NCBI GenBank assembly: GCA_965655095.1
Contig: OZ296656.1
Span: 13,330,001-13,394,000, forward strand
Source: Haplodiscus bocki
Taxonomy: Eukaryota
Direction: 5' to 3'
Length of the DNA: 64,000 nucleotides
Position numbers and translations under genes: made by a program
Shown: positions 26,080 to 40,530 of the stretch, piece after piece
Position numbering within the stretch: position 1 is the stretch's first letter
How the letters are laid out: every line of letters starts with the position of its first letter
Notes under the pieces: model-generated
The model's input: only the letters and a program-made list of their open reading frames with translations
Told to the model about the DNA's origin: nothing
Database searches by the model: none

Positions 26080-29000
26080 TCAGGAATCATAAGACAAGTT
26101 TGAGCGCAGCCATCTTTCGACTTCATATGACGTCATTCCTTTTCTGTTAGCGTAATCTTCCACTTGGTCTCTGGCGATTTTTCCGACTGAAAAGTAGTTG
26201 CTTTTAGGATGGGAAAGAATCAAAGCACAAACAGAAGCAGGTGGGTTCATAGCCAAAGATTCCGTCAAAGATATTCCAGTGTGGGACTCGATTTGCATGA
26301 GATGCCACATGGCGCGTTTCTCAGTATGGTCCGGCTGAGTCGGGTAGCCCGGAGCGGGTCTTATTCCAAAATATTTGACTTTCAGAAGGTCCTGACACGA
26401 CAAATCTTCGTGTTCGGAATACCCCCAATAATCTTGTCTTACTTTGGCATGCAGGTATTCAGCGAAGGCTTCGGCTAGTCGATCTGCGAGAACTTTGACC
26501 ATGATAGAACTGTAATCGTCGTTTTGGTTCAGGTAATTATCGGACATGACTTCGACACCTTCGCCTGCTGAAACGGCCATGAACCCGGCGTAGTCTTTCA
26601 TTCCGACAGGAGCCACAAAATCTGACAGACATTGATACGGTTGTTTTGGATCAGCCTTCTCGGCTTGCTGACGCAAGCCGTACAAAGTTGTCATGACTTC
26701 GGATCTGTTTTCATTTGTATAAAGAACAACATCATCCTCGCAATTTGGGCTGCGATTTGCAGCATAAAATCCAACAGTTCCTCTCAATCTGATCAATTTT
26801 TTCTCCACAATTTCGCTCAGCATTCTTTGGGCGTCATTAAAAACGCGTTTTGCTTCTTGACCCACGTCGGCATCTTCAAAGATTTTGGGGTAATTTCTGT
26901 TTGGGTACTTCCCACGAAGTTGCCAGATATCGAAAAATGGTTTCCAGTCCACGTATGGTATCACTTCGGTCAGTGAAATGTTGTCAAAAACTTGGAAGCC
27001 CAAAAATTTGGGGGCTTTCATGGGTGGTTCTTTGGTCCAATCTATCTTGAAGGACTTAGATCTCGCAGTTGATAGAGGTAAGTATTTTCTATCTTTCAAC
27101 GTATCGTAATATTCATCACGGATTTCTTCGTACTCTTCTTTGATGTCTTCGATGAAATCTTCCTTCATGTCTTCACTCAACAACGTGGAACAAACAACCA
27201 CCGATTTGGATGCATCCAAAACATGCACAACTGGGTTTGAATAAGCTGGTCCGATTTTGACTGCCGTGTGTTTTTTAGAAGTCGTGGCTCCTCCAATAAG
27301 CAAAGGAACCTCGAGACCATTGCGTTCCATTTCCTTAGCCACATGAATCATTTCATCAAGAGACGGTGTGATCAACCCAGAGAGGCCCACAATGTCAGCT
27401 TTATGTTCAATCGCACTCTGCAAAATTTTCTCACAGGAACACATGACACCAAGATCGATGACCTTGTAGTTATTGCAACCCAGAACAACTCCCACAATGT
27501 TTTTGCCGATATCATGCACGTCTCCTTTTACAGTCGCAATCACCATGGTTCCTGCATTACTCACTTCATCTTCTCCAGTCGCTCCTGAAAGTTCCCGTAT
27601 TCGTTCCTTTTCGGCCTCCATGAAAGGAATCAAGTGGGCCACTGCCTTTTTCATGACTCTTGCTGATTTGATAACTTGCGGCAAGAACATTTTACCTTCG
27701 CCGAACAGTTCACCGACTACCCCCATGCCTTTCATCAGAGGTCCCTCGATGATGTTCAGAGGTCTGGGGTATTTGTCAACATCGACTCTAGCCTCCTCTA
27801 CGTCTTCTGTGATGAACTTATCAATGCCTTTAACAAGAGCATGCTCCAATCTGTGTTCAACAATTTCGTCACGCCATAGATCGGCTTTCTCGTCCTTTTT
27901 GCCACCTTTGCCATATAGCCTCGCAAACTCAAGTAACTTTTCAGTGCCTTCTGGGTCTTTATTGAGAATAACAGCCTCACAAAGATCCAAAAGTTCTTTC
28001 TCAATGTCGTTGTACATAGGCAGGTTGCCCGCATTCACAATGCCCATGTCCATACCAGCTTTGATTGCGTGGTACAGAAAGACACTGTGCATCGATTCTC
28101 TGATTCGTTCCATTCCTCGAAAGGAGAAGGAAAGGTTCGAGAGACCGCCACTGATTTTGCAATAAGGCAGAGTGTCTTTGATTCTTTGAGTTGCCTCAAT
28201 GAATTCGACTGCATAATTGTTATGTTCTTCCATGCCAGTGGCAATGGTGAGGATGTTGGGGTCAAATATAATGTCACGGGGGTCAAAGCCCACTTTTTCG
28301 GTCAAAATCTTGTAGGACCTTGCACAGATTTCAACTTTTCTGTCTGCCTCAGCAGCTTGGCCTTCTTCGTCGAAAGCCATCACAACAACAGCGGCGCCAT
28401 GCTTTTTGATGGTTCTCGCTTGTTCCATAAACTCCTTCTCTCCTACTTTCAAAGAGATACTGTTAATAATGCACTTTCCTTGCGTGCATTTCAAACCCGC
28501 TTCTACAACTTCAAACTTTGAAGAATCAATACATAATGGCACTTTGGCGATTTCAGGCTCAGATGCAATGAGGTTGCAGAACTTTTTCATCGCCTCAACC
28601 CCGTTCAACATGCCTTCATCCATATTGATGTCAAGTACCTGAGCTCCACTTTCCACCTGTGCTTTTGCGATGCTCAGAGCTTCTTCGTAATTGTCACTCG
28701 CAATTAATTTTGCAAACTTCCTGGATCCTGCCACATTGCACCTTTCACCTATGTTGACAAACATTACTTGAGGCCCAATATTTCGCGTTTCAAGGCCCGA
28801 AAGTCTAAGATCAGGTGTCTCAATATATTCCGGGACTCGTGGCTTTATCCCTCGTATCGCCTCCACGACTGCTTTGATGTGATCTGGGGTCGAACCACAG
28901 CATCCACCAATGATATTCACCAGCCCACCATTAGCGAATGCTACAGCATGTTCTGCAAAGACTTCCGGAGTTTCATCATACCCGCCCATTGCATTTGGAA

Positions 29001-29868
29001 GACCGGCGTTGGGATAACATATGGTGAACTTTGGAGTATTTTTCCCAATGGTTTCAATGAACGGTCTCATTTCTGTTGCACCGAGAGCGCAGTTGAGTCC
29101 AACGCAAAGAGGGCTACAATGAGAAACACTGACAAGAAACGCTTCTCCAGTTTGACCAGACAAAGTTCTTCCACTTTTATCAACAATAGTTCCACTGATC
29201 ATCAACGGAACCTCGTTGTAATCTGAATCGAAGAGACTTTGAATTCCATACAAGGCAGCTCTTGCATTGGCAGTGTCGAATATAGTTTCCACCAACAAAA
29301 CATCAACTCCTCCATCCAGAAGTCCTCGCGCTTGCTCACTGTACGCATCAACCAGTTCATCGAAAGTTATGTTTCTCATATCAGGTTGTTCAACTGAGGG
29401 TGAAATGGACAACGTCCTGTTGGTTGGTCCTAAAGCCCCGCATACAAACTTGGGTTCGTTGCATTGGGCCATGACGTCGTCACGAGCACGACATGCAACT
29501 TCGGCGGCTTCTTTATTCAGTTTGTAGACCATATGTTCGAGACCATAATCAGCCTGGGCGACCCAGGTTCCACTGAAGGTGTTTGTTGAGACGAAATCGG
29601 CTCCAGCCTCGAAATACTGTTTGTGAATGTCGTAAATCAAATCTACTTGAGTCATCGCCAAAATGTCGTTGTTGCCCTTTAAAGGTTTGTCGTGGTTCAC
29701 GAAAAGGGTACCCCGAAAGTCCTCTTCTTCTAGGGTATGTTGTTGGATCATTGTCCCCATTGCGCCATCGCAGATCATGATACGTTGACGCATGATAGAA
29801 GTTAGGACTTGAAAAATATCCTGGTTGTTGCATGAGTTTGTATTACTTGAAAACTCTCGGGGGGCCAT
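26080..29868 (-). CDS. MTR: Cobalamin-dependent methionine synthase (1262 aa, single coding exon)
   Basis: All four modules are present: Hcy-binding ([14 protein letters not shown]), pterin-binding ([13 protein letters not shown]), B12-binding ([24 protein letters not shown]) and activation domain ([17 protein letters not shown]). Eukaryote-type [10 protein letters not shown] segment. Confidence 0.98.
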   Translation of the reverse strand: MAPREFSSNTNSCNNQDIFQVLTSIMRQRIMICDGAMGTMIQQHTLEEEDFRGTLFVNHDKPLKGNNDILAMTQVDLIYDIHKQYFEAGADFVSTNTFSGTWVAQADYGLEHMVYKLNKEAAEVACRARDDVMAQCNEPKFVCGALGPTNRTLSISPSVEQPDMRNITFDELVDAYSEQARGLLDGGVDVLLVETIFDTANARAALYGIQSLFDSDYNEVPLMISGTIVDKSGRTLSGQTGEAFLVSVSHCSPLCVGLNCALGATEMRPFIETIGKNTPKFTICYPNAGLPNAMGGYDETPEVFAEHAVAFANGGLVNIIGGCCGSTPDHIKAVVEAIRGIKPRVPEYIETPDLRLSGLETRNIGPQVMFVNIGERCNVAGSRKFAKLIASDNYEEALSIAKAQVESGAQVLDINMDEGMLNGVEAMKKFCNLIASEPEIAKVPLCIDSSKFEVVEAGLKCTQGKCIINSISLKVGEKEFMEQARTIKKHGAAVVVMAFDEEGQAAEADRKVEICARSYKILTEKVGFDPRDIIFDPNILTIATGMEEHNNYAVEFIEATQRIKDTLPYCKISGGLSNLSFSFRGMERIRESMHSVFLYHAIKAGMDMGIVNAGNLPMYNDIEKELLDLCEAVILNKDPEGTEKLLEFARLYGKGGKKDEKADLWRDEIVEHRLEHALVKGIDKFITEDVEEARVDVDKYPRPLNIIEGPLMKGMGVVGELFGEGKMFLPQVIKSARVMKKAVAHLIPFMEAEKERIRELSGATGEDEVSNAGTMVIATVKGDVHDIGKNIVGVVLGCNNYKVIDLGVMCSCEKILQSAIEHKADIVGLSGLITPSLDEMIHVAKEMERNGLEVPLLIGGATTSKKHTAVKIGPAYSNPVVHVLDASKSVVVCSTLLSEDMKEDFIEDIKEEYEEIRDEYYDTLKDRKYLPLSTARSKSFKIDWTKEPPMKAPKFLGFQVFDNISLTEVIPYVDWKPFFDIWQLRGKYPNRNYPKIFEDADVGQEAKRVFNDAQRMLSEIVEKKLIRLRGTVGFYAANRSPNCEDDVVLYTNENRSEVMTTLYGLRQQAEKADPKQPYQCLSDFVAPVGMKDYAGFMAVSAGEGVEVMSDNYLNQNDDYSSIMVKVLADRLAEAFAEYLHAKVRQDYWGYSEHEDLSCQDLLKVKYFGIRPAPGYPTQPDHTEKRAMWHLMQIESHTGISLTESLAMNPPASVCALILSHPKSNYFSVGKIARDQVEDYANRKGMTSYEVERWLRSNLSYDS

Positions 29869-32579
29869 TTTACTATTGATCGGTAACTTTATTTATTGCT
29901 TTGACAATTGCTCTACTTTTTGGGAACGAAATTCGTATGAGCAAAAACTGTTCCAAGCTTCAAACTACATGCAAAGAGATCTAAAAATTAAAGTGAAATG
30001 AAGCTGCTACTAGTTTTCAGACAAAGATAATCGCGGCAAATGCAGTTGAACAACTTCACCAGACGGTTTATTTGCAGTTTCTCTGATTAACAATTAGAGA
30101 TTGTAGAACTCGATCATTTTAGAGCCCGTTCACACCGGTATCGATCAACCTTTGTTCGCTCGTCCATGGGAATAGGAATTACCCACCAAACTAGAACTTT
30201 TGCTTCACAAATTCGCAAACTTTCCATCCAAGATAGCAAACAAAGTTTACAAAGCAGCGACAGACTAAAGAACAACACCGAAAACTAATTTGTGATAAAA
30301 TTTATCTTTGACATGTTGCATCTTGGAAGTACAGAGTAGAATTTCACCCTCCTTTAAGAATGAAGCCCTTTTATTCTTGCAAAGTAATTAGTAACATGAA
30401 GATTAGAAATTTTATCTATTGATTTTGAGTCATGGTTTTGAGCTGACATAATGCTAGCGTAATGTTAGATGATATAAAGAAGTTGAACAACGCTTTGGGT
30501 GAAAACGAACGAAGTCTTCTTCAAGACGCACAACAAAAAAAACTTGACATCGATTTTATTTAGCAGGCAAAAAATTGAATGGAAGAACACGACCGCAACG
30601 GCGAAAAATTGGCTAACAAAGTGTTGAAAACTATACGATGTTTGAAATTTCCAATTTAGATTTGCTTAATGAGCCCACTAGACATTTCAAACTAAGGGTT
30701 GTTCTTTGCTTGTTATTTCCGTCGAAAAATAATACAAAAGGAAAATCATTTCTTCAGTATGTAGATTTTTTTTCCGGGATTTGCCATTTCGAAGTGACAT
30801 GTTCGAAGTCCGAAAAAATTTAAACATGAATTTTTTTCCAAAAAAAAGCTCCCAAGAAGTTACTCTAGCCCAGAAAGTTACACGTAGAATTCAGTTTTGA
30901 CATCCCTACCGAATTTTTGGCTCAAATAATAATAAGTCCAAATAAAAATCAAAATTTTTACATTTTTCGAAAAAAAACGCTGAAAATGATTCTCTGGAAA
31001 CGGAGAGTGAGTTTTGAGAAAACCGAATTTTATCTAATATTGTACTCACTGTGCTAATACTGGGCCTCTTCGCAACGTAGGATACCTACGTTTATCTCGA
31101 AAATTCCAGTCATTTCGGACCCGTCGACGGAAAATATCGCAGCGCCTCTTGTTCATACTGAATAAAATTTGGCGCGTAGATAATTCATTTCCTCGATCTT
31201 CATTATTTTCCGCTATATTTCAATATGAGTGGAAACTCAACCCGCGCGTTTTTTTAACGTTTACTTGCTAATTCTATGACATTATGAATTTATAGGTTTT
31301 CAAAGTTTTAATGACCAAATTATAGCAAATTTGGCGTAGAATGCGGAAGAAATTGTAAGGTCTCTTGAAAACGTACGAAAGTAGGATTTTTTGAATAATG
31401 GACTTTCCAAAAATTTAGAAAAAGCAAAATTGATCTAAAATGCGGCTAAACCGGTAGCATTTCAAAATGCCTTTTTGCAACCAAAATGAGGGTTTTCTTC
31501 AAGAAAAATACGAAAATTTGGGAAAATTAGCCAATGCGATGTGGAACGTATATAGAAGAGTAATTCTTCCAAACAAGCTTTTTCGACTCCGCTGGAAGGC
31601 GGGAAACATCCCGGTGGCAGCCGGGGGTGTCTTCGTATTTTTCGCCTCAATACGAAAGAAAAATCATTCACTGACTACGGTAGTTCTTTTTTCAGTCCAA
31701 TTTTGCCAGTTCATTATTAGAGAGTCAAGGAGTCTCGGTAGTCGGGCTATCACAAAGATTTCTCAAGATCTAGATAGGGGTTCGAAAATCGGTTTTGCCA
31801 TTTTTTTGTGGCATATCGTCTCAAATTTCTACAGCAACATTGGCAGGACAACAGGGTTCTGAAGCGCTAAGTACGGGTTCGAATTCCACTTTTATTCATA
31901 TTTTTTTGCTTTATTATCGCAATTTTGAGATTAGTTTCTTCTATTCGAATCAAAAAGATTGTTTTCTTCCCTCGAATCAAAAAGATTCCGTCAAAGTTTT
32001 TTTTTCACTTTCCGTCAAACCTTCGAAAGGAAAATTTGCAATTCATTAGTCAAGTTTTTGTGACCAGAAACTTGCCGTCGACACGCAGACTGCGTGTTGC
32101 AAACTTGTTACCGTTTTGAATAAAACATGTAGGCGATGTCTACGTTATTAGGTAGTTCGCAGGTAGGCATTCCAAATCCTTTAACAGGCCGACTTTTGAA
32201 ATAATACACCGTGGATACTTAATAGGTTTCTTCGATATTACCTAGGCGCTTTTTGGGCAAATAGTTTCAATGATTTAAAAACCTTCCGTTTAAGCACCAC
32301 TTTTTTCAAACTTTTCAAAAAACCGGAAAAAAAATCAAACCATCCGACAATTTAAGACTTTCTGAAGAGTATAAACTCCTTATAAAAAAACTTACAAACA
32401 AAAAAACCGCGGTTGTTTTTCCTAAAAAAACTACCTCAAGTATCTGTGTAGTGTTTTTTTCAAGATCTTCAACACCATACAAAGCAACTTGAAAACATTC
32501 TGCCTGCAACACGTAATTTTGTTATCTCTCAACCGGCAAGAAGAAAAAAGGTCTGGAATTTATCATTCCCGATCTTCAG

Positions 32580-34380
32580 TCATTTTTCTCCAAAACTACC
32601 GGATAGATTTCTTCCATGAAGGTATCAACTAACAATTTTGAACTGGTAGGAGGTTATTCGATATTATTCTTTTAGCTTCCGTTCCCCTCACCACAAGTTG
32701 ACGATTCGACAATGCCAAAAACTGCTAATAGTGATGTTTAATCTCGATATTTAGAGTCAATTTTCTTCAAAACTGCAAGCTATACTTCTTCCATCAAGCT
32801 CTCAATCGACAGTCTTCTACTTGTAGAGGATCATTCAAAACAAATCTATGGGTTACACTCCTTGCCTTGGAAATCTGAAGACCTAAATTGCCCGAAAACT
32901 TTTGGCTGCATTTTATCCTTGAAGAAGTCAACTGACAATTTTTGTACCTGCAGAGTTATTCAGTCATCGAATACTGTATGTCCTTAACTGCAAAAGGATC
33001 CCGACAAAACGAAATTGCCAAAAATCGCTTACTGGTATGGTTCGTCTTCATACTCGAACTCGATTACACTCAAAACTACCAGCTCCGTTCCTTCCATCAA
33101 GGTGTCAGTCGAAATTTTTTTGTACTTGTAAAGTTAGTCAATTAGCGAAACTTGCGTTACCTTAATTGTAATTGAATCCCCATTGGCTGAAAATGCCAAA
33201 AATTGCACACTCGTATGATTCTTCTCGATATTAAGACACGATTTTCTTCAAAACTACCGACTGGATTTGTTCTGTGAAGCTCTGAATCGAAGATTTTCCC
33301 ATTGTAGACGATTATTCCGTAATGTATTCTCTTGAAGTACCGGCCCGAATACTTCAATATCTCAATCAACGAACAGTTAGTTTTCTAAGAGATTTAACTT
33401 TCAAACTTTCGGTTTCGATCTCGCAAGAGGATTCTGATAGGGCGAAAGTGCCAGTAATTCGAGAAATTATTTTCCCTGAAATTCAAAACGGCTTATCTCC
33501 ACAAATACCAGCTGCAATCCTTGCATCACGGCGTCTATCAACAATTCTTGTACCCTTATTTCGAATATTGCGTTTCCTTAATTGCATTGGAAGTCTGATA
33601 GGCCAAAATCGCCCAACATTGCATACTCGTATGATTCGTTTTGATATTCGATACTCGATTCTTTCATGACTACCGACTGTATTTGTTCCATAAACGTCTC
33701 AATAAAAGTTTTCTACCAAAATATCATGTAATAGGAAAATCTTGGGTGGAAAGTCCTTGCATCGTAAATCCGAGGGGCCGAAAACGCCAAAACAAAAAAT
33801 GGTGAGTTTTCTCAAAACTCAAACCTGAATTTGCCTGAAGTAACGGCCGGATTCTTTATACCAATATACCAATTTATTAATCGGAAATTTTTTACATGTA
33901 AAAAAAACATTTCTCAGATCTTGAGTTCCGATTCTTACAACAAAAACCTTCAGCTAGATAACTGTAATCCAAGTCTAAAATGACCACTTTCTACAAGCAG
34001 AGCGTTACTACAACAAAAATTCGGGTATTCACTTCTGTGCATTGGAAAGCGTACGGACACAAATTACTTAAAAGTCGAAATATTGATATTTCTCAAAATT
34101 AAAACGAATTTTCCCACAACTACCGGCTGACTTTTCTCCATCAAAATCTCAATCGACAGATTTCCATATATGAAACGTTGCTAGCTAAAGACATTGCGGA
34201 ACATGTACTTCGCATTCGAAGCTACATAGGGCGCTAATGAGATAATACCAAAAATTCCATTTGTAGAGGTTTTTCTCGACACCAAAGATAACTTCTCCAA
34301 ACCTAACGGGTGGATTTCCACTATCGAGGTTTCATTAAAACAACTTTATAACTTCAGGAGGTTATCCACAAAAGTAGAAA
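32580..34380 (+). repeat. Degenerate ~120-130 bp tandem repeat family (aaaactaccggctggatt...ccatcaagg..tcaatcgac)
   Basis: Core motif recurs at 32591, 32769, 33249, 33669, 34118 and 34300, and also at 1660 and 2157. Confidence 0.55.
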
Positions 34381-37300
34381 AGCATCACAGGCTTTGTACT
34401 TTGCTCTGGAGCACTAGTAAATTGATAGAGCAAACAAATTCATGTAGCAATGATGTTATTTGAGGAAAACCTTAACAGAGTGGAGAAGCGGAACATCGCA
34501 ACATTCTAACTTGTCCGTTGAGATGAAACAAAGAAGTACACATCAGAGGTCCTGACGTTTCAAAACATGATCCGAGATATAATCGATACTTTCAAAACAC
34601 ACATGCGAAGCAGTGTTTCTCAACACGAAGAAAAACTAGTGGACAAATCGAAGAAGTATAATTGATTTTGAAAGGGGCCACAGTACTGCGAGAACTACTG
34701 ATTTTACAATTAAACAGAAATTTACTTACCTCAATTGTGTATATGTAACTTCAATAAATGCAAACAGCTATAGGAGTTAATTCGCTTTATATTCAAAACA
34801 AGCCCAGGCGCTGGAAAATAGGCCACGTGATGAAACTTTTGCAACTGAGCGAGAGCGCATGAACCAAATAAAGACAACATTAGAATGTATGCACAAAAGC
34901 GAGTTGATCCCAAAAAACTGTAATAAAACAATTGCTTGCGCAAGTAATTATTACAACGACTGTCAACCAAAAGCTTGTTCGAAAAAGTCGAATTGAGACA
35001 AGTACCTGATACAGTTCCTCGCACGCAAACATTTAATCTGTCTTGCCTTTTGAGGATTTTGCGCAGAATAAAAACTAAGTATATGCCAGTTTCCGATTCA
35101 CATTTTTCCATTGAGTCAGAATGCGTGAAAGGTAGAAAGGAACATTTTTCGATAATTTCTCCAAACATTTGCAAAAGCTGACCATAAAACTTTGTAGTCG
35201 GGCAAAAAACATGCTGGTGCTAGCCGGGTCGTCTTTTATATTTTGCTCTAAGGCAATAGTACGTAATTTACATGAATTACAAAGAATGTAAGAAAACTGT
35301 GAAAAATATCAACTCTAGAATGCAACACTTCAACAAAATTGTCGTTGACATGAAATCAGAACTCTACTCTTCAGATTCCGATTGCTCTTTTGATTTTGAC
35401 GAAGACTGTAATGCAGAGGGAAAAGTACTTCGGAGCACAAGCCGCGATCCTATTTTGGTTTGTTAAGGAACAAGACGGCGGGCTACCACCGGCATATTTT
35501 CCGTCCTCCAATTTTGTCAAAAACTTCCTTTTAAAAGGGGCGAAAACGTATTTTTCGAAATAGTCTCATTTTTTTCCAATTTCTCCAGTTGAAAATCTTT
35601 TTTTTTCGCCAAAAAAACTCACAATTAAGGTGGAAAAGACATTTTAAAATATCTTTTGATACGCACTCTACAACAAATTTTCCATCTTTACCGAGTTCGA
35701 AAAAAAATCAAGATTTTTTCAATAAAAAACCCAACTTTCGTACGTAATTCAAAAATCTTACTATTTGTCTCATTTTAAGGCAAATTTGCAATAATATGGT
35801 GATGATAAAAATCCCATTCTACCCGGATATATGGCAAGTAAACGTAAAGGAACGCACCGCGTTGAAGTAACGATTTTTCTTCCATGTTATAAATATGGGG
35901 CGGAAAATAATAATTTGGACATCAAAGTTCGATATTTTTTTCGGCAATGTGAGATAAAATTTTTCTGATGAAAAAATTAGGGAAATCTACTTATTTTCCA
36001 GGACAAATTTTCCAAAACATCAAAAGCTCTCCCTTTCAATGAGCCTTACAGGTGGCGCCTACTTGAGCCGTTCCCGACTGTTTACTCGATACGCCATACA
36101 GGAAACTTAAATGTACGACAGCAAATCTAGTCGAAAGAAGAAAATAAAGTCGAATCGAACATCGGCTATTATCAATTGACAATCATCGGGTAGAAAAATA
36201 CGTTCGCGTTGAGTAGATGATTTGCCTCCCATGATATAAATATGGCGGAAAATAACAAACCATGCACTACTATACTTCATACTTCTTCTGATTTTGTTAT
36301 TAAATACTCATTTCCACTTGATTGTAAAGCAAGCAATATGAGCAAAATCTCAAAATGATTCGTAGTCAATTTTTTTGTACTTGTAAAGTTAGTCAATTAG
36401 CGAAACTTGCGTTACCTTAATTGTAATTGAATCCCCATTGGCTGAAAATGCCAAAAATTGCACACTCGTATGATTCTTCTCGATATTAAGACACGATTTT
36501 CTTCAAAACTACCGACTGGATTTGTTCTGTGAAGCTCTGAATCGAAGATTTTCCCATTGTAGACGATTATTCCGTAATGTATTCTCTTGAAGTACCGGCC
36601 CCAATACTTCAATATCTCAATCAACGAACAGTTAGTTTTCTAAGAGATTTAACTTTCAAACTTTCGGTTTCGATCTCGCAAGAGGATTCTGATAGGGCGA
36701 AAGTGCCAGTAATTCGAGAAATTATTTTTCCTGAAATTCAAAACGGCTTATCTCCACAAATACCAGCTGCAATCCTTGCATCACGGCGTCTATCAACAAT
36801 TCTTGTACCCTTATTTCGAATATTGCGTTTCCTTAATTGCATTGGAAGTCTGATAGGCCAAAATCGCCCAACATTGCATACTCGTATGATTCGTTTTGAT
36901 ATTCGATACTCGATTCTTTCATGACTACCGACTGTATTTGTTCCATAAACGTCTCAATAAAAGTTTTCTACCAAAATATCATGTAATAGGAAAATCTTGG
37001 GTGGAAAGTCCTTGCATCGTAAATCCGAGGGGCCGAAAACGCCAAAACAAAAAATGGTGAGTTTTCTCAAAACTCAAACCTGAATTTGCCTGAAGTAACG
37101 GCCGGATTCTTTATACCAATATACCAATTTATTAATCGGAAATTTTTTACATGTAAAAAAAACATTTCTCAGATCTTGAGTTCCGATTCTTACAACAAAA
37201 ACCTTCAGCTAGATAACTGTAATCCAAGTCTAAAATGACCACTTTCTACAAGCAGAGCGTTACTACAACAAAAATTCGGGTATTCACTTCTGTGCATTGG

Positions 37301-39621
37301 AAAGCGTACGGACACAAATTACTTAAAAGTCGAAATATTGATATTTCTCAAAATTAAAACGAATTTTCCCACAACTACCGGCTGACTTTTCTCCATCAAA
37401 ATCTCAATCGACAGATTTCCATATATGAAACGTTGCTAGCTAAAGACATTGCGGAACATGTACTTCGCATTCGAAGCTACATAGGGCGCTAATGAGATAA
37501 TACCAAAAATTCCATTTGTAGAGGTTTTTCTCGACACCAAAGATAACTTCTCCAAACCTAACGGGTGGATTTCCACTATCGAGGTTTCATTAAAACAACT
37601 TTATAACTTCAGGAGGTTATCCACAAAAGTAGAAAAGCATCACAGGCTTTGTACTTTGCTCTGGAGCACTAGTAAATTGATAGAGCAAACAAATTCATGT
37701 AGCAATGATGTTATTTGAGGAAAACCTTAACAGAGTGGAGAAGCGGAACATCGCAACATTCTAACTTGTCCGTTGAGATGAAACAAAGAAGTACACATCA
37801 GAGGTCCTGACGTTTCAAAACATGATCGGAGATATAATCGATACTTTCAAAACACACATGCGAAGCAGTGTTTCTCAACACGAAGAAAAACTAGTGGACA
37901 AATCGAAGAAGTATAATTGATTTTGAAAGGGGCCACAGTACTGCGAGAACTACTGATTTTACAATTAAACAGAAATTTACTTACCTCAATTGTGTATATG
38001 TAACTTCAATAAATGCAAACAGCTATAGGAGTTAATTCGCTTTATATTCAAAACAAGCCCAGCCGCTGGAAAATAGGCCACGTGATGAAACTTTTGCAAC
38101 TGAGCGAGAGCGCATGAACCAAATAAAGACAACATTAGAATGTATGCACAAAAGCGAGTTGATCCCAAAAAACTGTAATAAAACAATTGCTTGCGCAAGT
38201 AATTATTACAACGACTGTCAACCAAAAGCTTGTTCGAAAAAGTCGAATTGAGACAAGTACCTGATACAGTTCCTCGCACGCAAACATTTAATCTGTCTTG
38301 CCTTTTGAGGATTTTGCGCAGAATAAAAACTAAGTATATGCCAGTTTCCGATTCACATTTTTCCATTGAGTCGGAATGCGTGAAAGGTAGAAAGGAACAT
38401 TTTTCGATAATTTCTCCAAACATTTGCAAAAGCTGACCATAAAACTTTGTAGTCGGGCAAAAAACATGCTGGTGCTAGCCGGGTCGTCTTTTATATTTTG
38501 CTCTAAGGCAATAGTACGTAATTTACATGAATTACAAAGAATGTAAGAAAACTGTGAAAAATATCAACTCTAGAATGCAACACTTCAACAAAATTGTCGT
38601 TGACATGAAATCAGAACTCTACTCTTCAGATTCCGATTGCTCTTTTGATTTTGACGAAGACTGTAATGCAGAGGGAAAAGTACTTCGGAGCACAAGCCGC
38701 GATCCTATTTTGGTTTGTTAAGGAACAAGACGGCGGGCTACCACCAGCATATTTTCCATCCTCCAATTTTGTCAAAAACTTCCTTTTAAAAGGGGCGAAA
38801 ACGTATTTTTCGAAATAGTCTCAATTTTTTCCAATTTCTCCAGTTGAAAATTTTTTTTTTCGCCAAAAAAACTCACAATTAAGGTGGAAAAGACATTTTA
38901 AAATATCTTTTGATACGCACTCTACTACAAATTTTCCATCTTTACCGAGTTCGAAAAAAAATCAAGATTTTTTCAATAAAAAACCCAACTTTCGTACTTA
39001 ATTCAAAAATCTTACTATTTGTCTCATTTTAAGGCAAATTTGCAATAATATGGTGATGATAAAAATCCCATTCTACCCGGATATATGGCAAGTAAACGTA
39101 AAGGAACGCACCGCGTTGAAGTAACGATTTTTCTTCCATGTTATAAATATGGGGCGGAAAATAATAATTTGGACATCAAAGTTCGATATTTTTTTCGGCA
39201 ATGTGAGATAAAATTTTTCTGATGAAAAAATTAGGGAAATCTACTTATTTTCCAGGACAAATTTTCCAAAACATCAAAAGCTCTCCCTTTCAATGAGCCT
39301 TACAGGTGGCGCCTACTTGAGCCGTTCCCGACTGTTTACTCGATACGCCATACAGGAAACTTAAATGTACGACAGCAAATCTAGTCGAAAGAAGAAAATA
39401 AAGTCGAATCGAACATCGGCTATTATCAATTGACAATCATCGGGTAGAAAAATACGTTCGCGTTGAGTAGATGATTTGCCTCCCATGATATAAATATGGC
39501 GGAAAATAACAAACCATGCACTACTATACTTCATACTTCTTCTGATCTTGTTATTAAATACTCATTTCCACTTGATTGTAAAGCAAGCAATATGAGCAAA
39601 ATCTCAAAATGATTCGTAGTC
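33113..39621 (+). repeat. 3.25-kb tandem duplication (33113-36367 and 36368-39621)
   Basis: The ORF track repeats with offset 3255. About a dozen substitutions and one 1-bp indel seen by eye; aatt microhomology at the junction. Confidence 0.95.
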
Positions 39622-39711
39622 AATTGTTCAATAGTCTAAAGGTCAAGGATTGCAGAGTTCGATTTCAAGTTCACTGTCCTTGACTAATTCATTTTGTTTC
39701 AGTACATGACA
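39525..39711 (-). repeat. LTR fragment related to the 60934-61237 LTR
   Basis: gtcaagga...tttcaagttca.ctgtcc...tgtttcagtacatgaca is shared with 61168-61237. Left boundary uncertain. Confidence 0.6.
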
Positions 39712-39974
39712 CATGAGGTTTAGGTGACATTTTTTCAAAAATCCCAAATGTGGAAGAGGTCAACAGCGGTCATTATTCTAAACATTTTGATACCGTTTTT
39801 CATCGATTACAAGTTGCCCTCAAACAGCTCTCGATTAGAAGCCGCACATATTATTTTCCTTCAAGTTAAATACGAACAGCCCTCGGATAGTAGGTGCAAA
39901 TTAGAAATGATCGCGCAAATTCGATTGTCCGCAATTTAGTCGAGAGACTCAAAAATGGTTGATGATAGTATACA

Positions 39975-40530
39975 AACAAGAAACGCAGCACCGCTGCGGT
40001 ATTCTCCGTCGACGGTGGGTAGGAAATGGCTCTAAAATGAAATGGCTGGAATCTTCAGAAAAAACATAGGTACCCTAGGAAGCAAGGAGGCCCGCTTAGC
40101 ACAGTAAGTACAACATTAGACAAAAATTGGAATTGTCAAAACACATTTCTACGTGTCCAGAGGAACAGTTGCAGCAACTTTCCGAAAAATCTAAAGCTTT
40201 TGAATTTTATTCGGACTTCGAGCCGGAAAAATTCGACAAGGTTGTCAGAACCTGCAATTTACGTGTCGGGAGGAACATTTTGCTGAAAAAAGAATATTTT
40301 TTTTTACTTCGAGCGAAAATTTTTCGGACTGTGTGCCAAAAAATCAACAGGGTTATCAAAACTGCATTCTACTTGTCCGGAAGAACCTTTTGGGGAGAAA
40401 AAATTTAACAAAAACTATCAATTTATATAAAAAAATTCGGACTTTGAGCGAAAAACTTTCCGACTGTGACCGGAAATTTTTGGGCAGGGTTAAAACTGGA
40501 TTCTACGTGTTGAAGGGGAGCATTTTGATC
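39975..40530 (-). repeat. Inverted copy of the ccgtcgacgg-terminus repeat with ctgcattctacgtgtcc units
   Basis: aacaag...gctgcggtattctccgtcgacgg followed by degenerate tctacgtgtccagaggaac units as at 970-1130. Confidence 0.5.

Noticed and set aside
26080-29868. Bacterial metH contamination or HGT
   Set aside because: Eukaryote-type sequence features, and embedded between exons of an animal gene; only a tree could reopen this.
31840-31890. tRNA gene (GGTTCGAATTCC B box); also 18105-18175 and 20355-20425
   Set aside because: No complete cloverleaf could be folded; treated as SINE/TE-derived fragments.
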